Shown one piece after another: positions 21,553 through 28,847 of a DNA stretch of 64,000 nucleotides. Under the pieces are notes generated by a model. The model did not search any database. It was not told the DNA's origin and saw only the letters and a program-made list of their open reading frames with translations. Position 1 is the stretch's first letter. Every line of letters starts with the position of its first letter. A program made the position numbers and the translations under genes. The stretch is from contig CAVRVE010000014.1 of NCBI GenBank assembly GCA_963724555.1, forward strand, positions 2,308 to 66,307, read 5' to 3'. This stretch comes from an uncultured Acidobacteriota bacterium (lineage in GTDB: Bacteria; Acidobacteriota; Vicinamibacteria; Fen-336).

Positions 21553-22324
21553 GTGGGCCCGCGCGTCGCTTCGAAGACCGCGATCGTCACCGGCGCCACG
21601 AGCGGGATGGGACGGGCGATCGCCTGTCTCTTCGCCCGCGAGGGGGCTGCGGTCGTCTGCGGCGGAAGGAACGCCGAGCGGGGCGCGGCGAGTCGTCGCG
21701 GAGATCCAGGCGGGCTCCGGGCCGCGCCGTCTTCGTGCCGGGAGACGTCGCCGATCCCGAGAACGCGGAGCGCCTGGTCGACGAGGCGCGGCGCACGTTC
21801 GGAGGCGTCGACGTGGCGGTGGCGTGCGCGGGGACGCTCGGGCTCGGGGCGCTCGGCGAGCTTCCGCTCGACGAGCTGGAAGCGGACGCTCTCGGTGAAC
21901 CTGGACGCCGTCTTCTACCTGCTGCGCAAGGCGCTGCCGGCCATGCGCGAGCGCGGCTCGGGAGTCGGTCGTGGTGATCGGCTCGATCGCGGCGTTCAAG
22001 GGCTTCCCGAACCACGCGGCCTACTGCGCGTCCAAGGGAGCGCTCGTCGCGCTGGTGCGCCAGCTCGCGATCGACTACGGGCCCGAGATCCGGATCAACG
22101 TGCTGTGCCCGGGTCCCGTCGACACGCCGCTCATCTGGGACTCGGCCGCGGCGTTCCCCGAGCCGGCGAAGGCGGTCGCCGCCGCCGCCGAGCGCACGCT
22201 GCTCAAGCGCCTCGGCCGTCCCGAGGACGTCGCCCGCGCGGCGCTGTTCCTGGCGTCCTCCGACTCCGAGTGGATGACCGGATCCGCGCTGACCCTGGAC
22301 GGCGGCATCCTCACCGGCGCCTGA
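21553..22324 (+). pseudogene. SDR-family oxidoreductase with at least 4 frame changes (about 21691, 21720, 21878, 21962)
   Basis: TGATSGMGRA (TGxxxGxG), NHAAYCASK (YxxxK), C-terminal SSDSEWMTGSALTLDGG. The protein is reassembled from three frames. Confidence 0.8.
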
Positions 22325-22417
22325 TCGAAGCCTGCAATGCCGAGGTCGCCACGGATAGCGGCGACCGGAGGGCTCCCGGGACGGGTCCCCATTAGGCTCG
22401 TGGATTCGTCCCGGGAT

Positions 22418-22498
22418 CCCGGCGCCGCGGACGCTTCGACCTCGGCCCTGGCTCAGGCCCCCGGCGCCGCGGAAGCTTCGACCTCGGCCTTGTTCAGG
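22418..22498. repeat. Imperfect tandem duplication, about 40 bp, two copies
   Basis: cccggcgccgcggaCgcttcgacctcggccCtgGCtcagg (22418-22457) against cccggcgccgcggaAgcttcgacctcggcc-ttgTTcagg (22460-22498). The second copy contains the tonB-family stop codon. Confidence 0.85.
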
Positions 22499-23289
22499 CT
22501 GCGGGACCGCTGAGCCGGAAGTGCACCGTCACCGTCATGATGATCGGCGTCGGCACGCCGTTCACGAGCGTGGGCGTGTAGACCCACTTCTTCACGGCCT
22601 CGAGCGCGGCCTCGGTGAGCATCGGCGCGCCCTGGAGCACGTTCGCGTTCACGACGCGGCCGCGCTCGTTGACGGTCGCCTCGATCACCACGATCCCCTG
22701 GAGCTTCGCCATCATCGCGAGCTCGGGATAGACGGGCTGCGGGGCCGACAGCCGGCGCGGCTCGCGAACCAGGCCGCCGACGCGAACGGGCGCGACCGGC
22801 GCGGGAGGGGCGTCCGGCAGCCCGCCCGACGATGCCGCCCACGACACCTCCGGGAATGCCGCCCTCGACGCCGTCGGGCGATCCGTTCTCGGCGCCCAGG
22901 TCGAGCGCCTCCTCGGGCTTGATCTCGGTCGGCACCTCGACGGGCGCCACGAAGGCCTGCTGCTGCGGCTGTGGCTTCGGCTCGACGCGCGGCGCCGCGG
23001 CGGGACGGGCGGCCGGCGGCGGGGGAGGCGGAGCGACGGAAAGCGGCTCGACGAGGAACGCTCGCAGTCCGGACTGCACCTCCGGATTCGTGTCGGAGCT
23101 GAGGAGCGGAATCGCGACGAGGCTGAGCGCCGCGACGCCGTGCAACAGCATGGACACCGGCAGCGTGACGCTGCGACGCCGCTCCGCCGCGAGGTCCGCG
23201 CCGATCAGGCTGTAGCGTCCAAGAGTCGGGTCCGTTTTCGGCGCCGTCTCGTCCTTCTGCCCAAAGCTCACGCCTGTAGCGAACGACAT
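22494..23289 (-). CDS. TonB-family energy transducer; one frame change at about 22835
   Basis: AGGAGG ribosome-binding site. N-terminal TM segment LLHGVAALSLVAIPLL. Pro-rich linker PPPPPPAARPAAAPRVEPKPQP. TonB C-terminal domain YPELAMMAKLQGIVVIEATVNERGRV...VNGVPTPI. Confidence 0.8.
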
Positions 23290-23393
23290 GCTCAGCCTCC
23301 TGATTGCCGGCTCTCGATTGAGCGGCGGGCTTGCAATGATGTACGTCCCTCCGCCGCGGGATGTTCGATACCGCGGCTCGTCCTTCCAAGCCA

Positions 23394-23422
23394 TTGACTC
23401 GTCCCGAGTTGGTTGCTAGCCT
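23394..23422 (+). promoter_or_regulatory. Candidate sigma70-like promoter upstream of pspA
   Basis: TTGACT (23394-23399), 17-nt spacer, TAGCCT (23417-23422), about 90 nt upstream of the ATG. Pattern match only. Confidence 0.25.
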
Positions 23423-23513
23423 CCCGATCCGGTGTGAACCCCGCCCGGCGGGGCTGCGTAGGTTCTTGGATGACACGGGCAGAAGCCGGTTTCGCCCGGA
23501 GGGAGACGCCGCC

Positions 23514-24269
23514 ATGTTCAGCCGGATCGCGAACCTCTTTCGTGGGTTCCTGGGCCTGTTCATCTCAGGGCTCGAGCGGCAGAACCCCCGGGCGCTGATC
23601 GAAGCCGAGAAGGAGAACCTGCGGCAGCAGATCGCCCGCTTCAACGAGAACCTCGCCGGCCACGCGGGCTTCTGCGAGCGGCTGCTGCGACAGGTGAAGA
23701 ACCTGGAGTCGCAGGAGCGCGACCTCGCGGCCAAGGCTGCCGCGAACCTGAAGGTCGGCAACCGCAACGCCGCGGGGCAGTACGCGCTGCAGCTCAAGAC
23801 GGTGAAGGAGCAGCTCGAGGAGAACCGCAAGCAGCTCGAGGCCGCCGAGTCGACCTACAAGAAGCTCGTGAAGTCGCGCGACGTCACGGTGCGCGACGCG
23901 CAGGAGAAGATCGAGAAGCTGAAGCGGATGATGACCGAGACCGAGATGCTCGAGGCCCAGGCCGAGCTGCAGGAGATGGCCACGGGCATGATCGGCTCGA
24001 TCGGCGGCTCGGGCGACACGCTCAACCGGGTCGAGGAGTACCTGACCGAGCGGCGCGACAAGGCGGCGGGGCGCGCGCGCGTCGCGTCCTCGACCGTCGA
24101 CACCGGCAAGGTCGAGCTGCTGGAGGCCGAGCAGCAGGCGCTCGCCGACGCGGCGCTCGGCGAGTTCGCCGCGGCGTACGGGATCGACATGCCCGCGGAG
24201 AAAGCCGCCGAGGGCGAGGCCAAGGCGGCCCCGCCGGCGCGCGAGATGGGACCGGAGAAGCAGGGCTGA
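23514..24269 (+). CDS. pspA: PspA/IM30 (ESCRT-III-like) family protein
   Basis: MFSRIANLFRGFLGLFISGLERQNPRALIEAEKENLRQQI... The typical PspA N-terminal amphipathic helix plus a long coiled coil. Confidence 0.9.
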   Translation: MFSRIANLFRGFLGLFISGLERQNPRALIEAEKENLRQQIARFNENLAGHAGFCERLLRQVKNLESQERDLAAKAAANLKVGNRNAAGQYALQLKTVKEQLEENRKQLEAAESTYKKLVKSRDVTVRDAQEKIEKLKRMMTETEMLEAQAELQEMATGMIGSIGGSGDTLNRVEEYLTERRDKAAGRARVASSTVDTGKVELLEAEQQALADAALGEFAAAYGIDMPAEKAAEGEAKAAPPAREMGPEKQG

Positions 24270-24300
24270 GTAACGGACCAACGAAAGGAAGCTAAAGGAG

Positions 24301-26025
24301 ATGGACGAGCAGCCGAAGGTCGGCCCGACCGTACTCGGGAAGCTGGTGCTGTTCCTCTTCGTCCTGGCGTGCATCGCCGGCGCTGCGTACTACTTCCGCA
24401 ACCTGATCGCGCCGAGCGGGCGGGACGCGACCGGCCCGGTCAACATGGACGAGTTCAAGAAGGTCGAGGCCCCCGACGCCAAGGGCATCACCACCGTCAC
24501 CGAGTACAAGTACGTGCCCGGCGAGAAGCTGCCGCCCGTGAAGGGCGTCTCCGCCTACAAGTGGGGCGCGGACAAGGTGGTGAACTTCCCGATCAACGTC
24601 TGGATCGGCTGGCTGCCGATCGTGGCCGCCAACGGCGGCTTCTCCCCGAACCCCGACTCGATCTTCGCGAAGAAGTACGGCTTCAAGGTGAACCTGAAGC
24701 TGATCGACGACCCGGTGGTGGCCCGCGACGCCTTCGCGGCGGGCGAGAGCCACGTGCTCTGGGGCACGCTCGACATGATGGTGCTGTTCGCGCCCGACCT
24801 GATGAAGGACTCGAGGAGCGCCCCGCGCATCTTCCAGCAGATCGACTGGTCGTCGGGCGGCGACGGCATCGTCGTGCGCGGCGCGATCGGCTCGGTCGCC
24901 GACCTCAAGGGCAAGACGATCGTCTACGCGCAGAACTCGCCCTCGCAGTACTTCATCAACAACCTGCTGCTGAACGCGGGCGTGCAGCCCTCGGCCGTCA
25001 AGCACAAGTTCACCGCCACCGCCTTCGAGGCAGCCGCCGCGTTCGTCGCCGACAAGTCGATCGACGCCTGCGTGTCGTGGGCGCCGGACATCTACAACAT
25101 CCCCGAGAAGGTGAAGGGGACGCGTGTCCTCACCACCACCGCGGAGGCCAACAAGCTGATCGCCGACGTCTGGGCCGCGCGCGCCGATTTCGCCAAGGAC
25201 CACCCGGAGGTGATCAAGGGCCTGGTGGCCGGGATCTTCGAGGGCATGGACCGCCTGCAGGATCCGACCCAGCGCGAGAAGGCGTACTCCTGGATGGCCG
25301 AGGGCTACGGGATGCAGGCCGACGAGGTGCGCGCGATGGCGAACGACGCGCACTCGACCAACTTCTCGGAGAACAAGGCCTTCTTCCTGAACGCCAACGA
25401 CCCGGCCAACTTCGAGCGCACCTGGAAGAACGTGACCTTCGTGTACCGCGAGCTCGGGCTCATCGACACGCCGGTGCGCTTCGACGAGGTGATGGACTTC
25501 GGGCAGCTCCAGGAGCTGGACAAGTCCGGCAGCTTCGCGCACCAGAAGGACGAGAGCCGCGCGAGCTTCGCGCCCACCAGCTACAAGAAGATCTCGGCCG
25601 AGTCGCCGATCCTGACCCAGACGATCCGGATCAACTTCTACCCGAACTCGGCGAACGTCTACGAGCCGCAGCACGACGAGAACGGCAAGCCGGTCTCGAA
25701 CACGCTCTACGACCCGAGTGTCGCGGCCACGCTCGAGAAGGTGGCGCGGCTCGTCGGCCAGTACGAGCGCGCCGTGGTGGCGGTCGTCGGCCACACCGAC
25801 TCGTCGATGAAGGGCAAGGGTACGCGCTTCGAGGACGTGAAGGCGCTCTCGAGCGATCGCGCCGAGGCCGTGAAGCAGGCGCTCGTCAAGAAGTACAACT
25901 TCGACCCCAACAAGTTCACGGTCGAGGGCAAGGGCTGGGACGAGCCCGCCAACCCCGACGACCCGATGAACCAGGCGCTCAACCGGCGCGTGGAGATCTC
26001 GGTCTACCCGCCGGAATCGAAGTGA
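24301..26025 (+). CDS. Membrane-anchored NitT/TauT-type (NMT1/TauA-like) substrate-binding protein fused to a C-terminal OmpA-like peptidoglycan-binding domain
   Basis: AAAGGAG ribosome-binding site. N-terminal TM segment LGKLVLFLFVLACIAGAAYYF. SBP core of about 330 aa. C-terminal OmpA-like motifs VVGHTDSS...LSSDRAEAVKQALV...NRRVEISV. Confidence 0.85.
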   Translation: MDEQPKVGPTVLGKLVLFLFVLACIAGAAYYFRNLIAPSGRDATGPVNMDEFKKVEAPDAKGITTVTEYKYVPGEKLPPVKGVSAYKWGADKVVNFPINVWIGWLPIVAANGGFSPNPDSIFAKKYGFKVNLKLIDDPVVARDAFAAGESHVLWGTLDMMVLFAPDLMKDSRSAPRIFQQIDWSSGGDGIVVRGAIGSVADLKGKTIVYAQNSPSQYFINNLLLNAGVQPSAVKHKFTATAFEAAAAFVADKSIDACVSWAPDIYNIPEKVKGTRVLTTTAEANKLIADVWAARADFAKDHPEVIKGLVAGIFEGMDRLQDPTQREKAYSWMAEGYGMQADEVRAMANDAHSTNFSENKAFFLNANDPANFERTWKNVTFVYRELGLIDTPVRFDEVMDFGQLQELDKSGSFAHQKDESRASFAPTSYKKISAESPILTQTIRINFYPNSANVYEPQHDENGKPVSNTLYDPSVAATLEKVARLVGQYERAVVAVVGHTDSSMKGKGTRFEDVKALSSDRAEAVKQALVKKYNFDPNKFTVEGKGWDEPANPDDPMNQALNRRVEISVYPPESK

Positions 26026-26924
26026 CGACGGCCGCACCCGCAGGCGGCCCGGCCCGGAAGGCCGGGCCGCCAGTCGTCGCGCCGAAGGTCGGCCCGCCGG
26101 CCTTCCCGCCCGGATCGGCGTACACCGGCTTCCTGCGCATCCGCGAGCCGCTCGCGGCCTGGAAGAGCTGGCTGCTCGGGATGCTGCCGGTGCTGGCGCT
26201 CCTCGCGATCTGGGTGTTCGTCACGACCGGGGCGGCGGAGGAGCGCGTCATCTCTCCGACGATCCTTCCGTCGCCCGCCGAGGTGATCACCTCGTTCCCG
26301 CTGCTGTGGTTCGACCGCGCGCTCACGCGCAACCTGGCCGTCTCCTTCAAGCGCGTCGTCGAGGGCTTCGCGCTGGCGGTGGCCGTTTCCTTCCCGCTCG
26401 GCGTGCTGATGGGCTCCTTCACCAAGGTGAAGGCGGCCTTCACGCCGCTCACCGTGTTCGGCGCGTACCTGCCGATCCCCACGCTCGTCCCGCTCACGCT
26501 GTCGCTCTTCGGCACGGGCGAGCTGCAGAAGGTGATGTTCCTGGCGCTCGCCTTCTCGATCTACCTGGTGCCGCTCTTCGTCGCCGCGGTCGACGCGGTG
26601 GACGACACCTACCTGAAGACGGCCTACACGCTCGGCGCAAGCCAGGGCGAGGCCGTGAGTCGCGTGCTGCTGCCGATCGCCTGGCCCGAGATCTGGCAGG
26701 CGATGCGGCTCGGCTTCGGCGTCGGCTGGAGCTACATCCTGCTCGCCGAGATGGTGGACATCGGCAGCGGCATCGGCGGGATCATCATCACCTCGCAGCG
26801 GCGGGGACCGCGCGAGCACATCTACCTGGTGCTCGCGATGATCGTGGTGGTGGCGTTCTTCACCGACCGCCTGTGGGCGGGCGTCGGGCGCTTCCTGTTC
26901 CCGTACCGGGAGCAGAAGGCGTGA
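26022..26924 (+). CDS. ABC transporter permease (NitT/TauT family)
   Basis: GTG start overlaps the upstream stop (GTGA). About 6 TM helices. EAA-type loop AYTLGASQGEAVSRVLLPIAWPEI. Confidence 0.9.
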   Translation: MTTAAPAGGPARKAGPPVVAPKVGPPAFPPGSAYTGFLRIREPLAAWKSWLLGMLPVLALLAIWVFVTTGAAEERVISPTILPSPAEVITSFPLLWFDRALTRNLAVSFKRVVEGFALAVAVSFPLGVLMGSFTKVKAAFTPLTVFGAYLPIPTLVPLTLSLFGTGELQKVMFLALAFSIYLVPLFVAAVDAVDDTYLKTAYTLGASQGEAVSRVLLPIAWPEIWQAMRLGFGVGWSYILLAEMVDIGSGIGGIIITSQRRGPREHIYLVLAMIVVVAFFTDRLWAGVGRFLFPYREQKA

Positions 26925-27757
26925 GCGCGTTGCCGTCGGTGATCGAGTTCAAGGGCGTCAGCAAGACCTTCAACCCGGGAAAGCCGACGCAGTTCACCGC
27001 GCTCAAGGACATCAACTTCTCGATCGAGGACGTCCCGGACTACGGCGAGTTCATCGCGATCGTCGGCCCCTCGGGCTGCGGCAAGTCGACGATCCTGAAC
27101 CTGATCCAGGGCTTCTCCGACGTGTACCCGCCCTCGTCGGGCGAGGTGCTGGTGCGCGGGAGGCCGGTCACCGGCCCGGGCCGCGACCGCGGCATGATCT
27201 TCCAGAAGTACAGCTCGTTCCCGCACCGCACGGTGCTCGAGAACGTGACCTTCGGCCTGGAGCTCAACCAGGAGGAGCTGCGCCTCTCGCGCTCCGAGCG
27301 CGAGGGGCGCGCGCTCGAGTGGATCCGCAAGGTGGGCCTGGGAGGCCACGAGCGGAAGTACCCGCACCAGCTCTCGGGCGGCCAGCAGCAGCGCGTCGCG
27401 ATCGCGCGCTCGCTGGTGCTGCGGCCGCAGATCATCCTGATGGACGAGCCGTTCTCGGCGCTCGACGAGCCCACGCGCTACGAGATGCAGCGGCTGATCA
27501 CCGAGCTGTGGAACGAGGTCGAGGCCACCGTGATGATCGTCACGCACTCGATCGCCGAGGCGGTCTACCTGGGCGACCGCGTCTGGATCATGGCGGCCGG
27601 GCCGGGCCGCATCGCGCGCGAGTTCAAGGACCAGATCCCGAAGACGCGGGACTCCGACCCGATCGCCGCGCAGTCGACGACGGAATTCAAGGACGCCGTG
27701 AACGAGATTGGCCACGCCTTCCGCGAGGTCGAGACGCTGGCGAAGAAGAAAGGCTGA
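26921..27757 (+). CDS. ABC transporter ATP-binding protein (NitT/TauT family)
   Basis: GTG start overlaps the upstream stop (GTGA). Walker [10 protein letters not shown], signature [15 protein letters not shown], Walker [13 protein letters not shown]-loop VTHS. Confidence 0.9.
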   Translation: MSALPSVIEFKGVSKTFNPGKPTQFTALKDINFSIEDVPDYGEFIAIVGPSGCGKSTILNLIQGFSDVYPPSSGEVLVRGRPVTGPGRDRGMIFQKYSSFPHRTVLENVTFGLELNQEELRLSRSEREGRALEWIRKVGLGGHERKYPHQLSGGQQQRVAIARSLVLRPQIILMDEPFSALDEPTRYEMQRLITELWNEVEATVMIVTHSIAEAVYLGDRVWIMAAGPGRIAREFKDQIPKTRDSDPIAAQSTTEFKDAVNEIGHAFREVETLAKKKG

Positions 27758-27759
27758 CG

Positions 27760-28701
27760 GTGCCCCCCGAGCGGCTGTCCTACTGGGACTACGTGAGGGC
27801 CGCGTTCTGGAAGCCGGTCCGCTCGCGCGTGCTCGGCGCGATGCCGCTCACCCAGATGCTGCTCGCCTCGTTCGGCATCGCGGGCTTCGTCAACCCCGGC
27901 TTCTGGCTGCTCGGGCTCGCGGGCGTCGTCGCCTTCGTCGGCGGCCGCTCGGCGAGCGAGCGCTTCCAGAAGCTGGTCGAGGGCGAGCGCCTGCTCGCGC
28001 GCTCGGGGACGGCGGAGGAGAAGCTGAAGGCGGCCTACGAGCGGCTGCAGCCCGCCTCGCAGTCGCGCTACCGCGCGCTCGTCGTCGTGTGCCGCGAGGT
28101 GCTGGGCCTCGGCGGCGGCACCAGCGAGGGCGGCCTCGGCGACTTCCGGGCGGGCAACCTGAACCAGATGCTGTGGCTGTTCCTGCGCCTGCTGGCCTCG
28201 CGCGAGGCGATCACCGACACGCTCGCGCGCATCGACCGGCGCCAGCTCGAGGCCGGGCTCGAGAGCCTCAAGTCCCGCGTGGCGGCCATTACCGACCCCG
28301 AGGGCGCGCTCGCGCGCTCGCTGCGCGCCACGCTCGAGATCCAGGAGAAGCGCCTGGCCAATCTCGACACGGCCACGAACAGCCTCGCCGTGCTCGACGC
28401 CGAGCTCGAGCGCATCGAGCAGCAGGTGCGCCTGGTGCGCGAGGAGAGCGCCGTCAGCCGATCGCCCGAGGCGCTGTCGGCCCGGCTCGACGCCGTCTCC
28501 TCGACGCTCAGCGAGACCTCGCGCTGGATGGACCAGCACGCCGACCTGATGACCGACCTGACCTCCGCCGACCTGGACGATGCGCTGCCGTCCGTGCCGC
28601 GGACGCCGGTCGATGCGGCGGCGGAGCCGGTAGCGCCCGAGGAGCCCGAGGACAAGACGCCGCGGCCGCCCCGGCCGCGGACGGGTCAAAGGCAGAGGTG
28701 A
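27760..28701 (+). CDS. Two-TM membrane protein with long helical/coiled-coil cytoplasmic region; no family recognised
   Basis: GTG start 2 nt after the ATPase stop. TM helices LTQMLLASFGIAGFV and GFWLLGLAGVVAFVGG. Then about 200 aa of heptad-like helix (LEIQEKRLANLDTATNSLAVLDAELERIEQQVRLV) and a Pro/Glu-rich tail. Confidence 0.65.
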   Translation: MPPERLSYWDYVRAAFWKPVRSRVLGAMPLTQMLLASFGIAGFVNPGFWLLGLAGVVAFVGGRSASERFQKLVEGERLLARSGTAEEKLKAAYERLQPASQSRYRALVVVCREVLGLGGGTSEGGLGDFRAGNLNQMLWLFLRLLASREAITDTLARIDRRQLEAGLESLKSRVAAITDPEGALARSLRATLEIQEKRLANLDTATNSLAVLDAELERIEQQVRLVREESAVSRSPEALSARLDAVSSTLSETSRWMDQHADLMTDLTSADLDDALPSVPRTPVDAAAEPVAPEEPEDKTPRPPRPRTGQRQR

Positions 28702-28847
28702 CCGCGCTCTTCGAGCAACGCTCAGCTCATTCCTGGTCAGTCTTTCCAAACCGGCCACGGCCTCGGCGAGGAGTGGCTCGGCTCAAGTCTCCGAGGGTGG
28801 CCGGGCAAGTCTGCCCCTTCCCGTGTCGGCGCTAAGATGGTCCGCCC

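Noticed and set aside
22418-22498. Possible CRISPR or minisatellite
   Set aside because: There are only two directly adjacent units, no spacers, and no cas genes in the window.
23290-23513. Sigma54 (-24/-12) promoter upstream of pspA, as in enterobacterial psp operons
   Set aside because: No TGGCAC-N5-TTGC-like element with correct spacing was found by eye. The nearest TTGCA (about 23330) lacks a properly spaced GG. No pspF-like activator gene is present.
24292-26037. 581-aa minus-strand ORF opposite the SBP-OmpA gene, and the first 550 codons of ORF 24369..26924
   Set aside because: Shadow frames. Only the last 300 codons of 24369..26924 (from GTG 26022) encode the permease.
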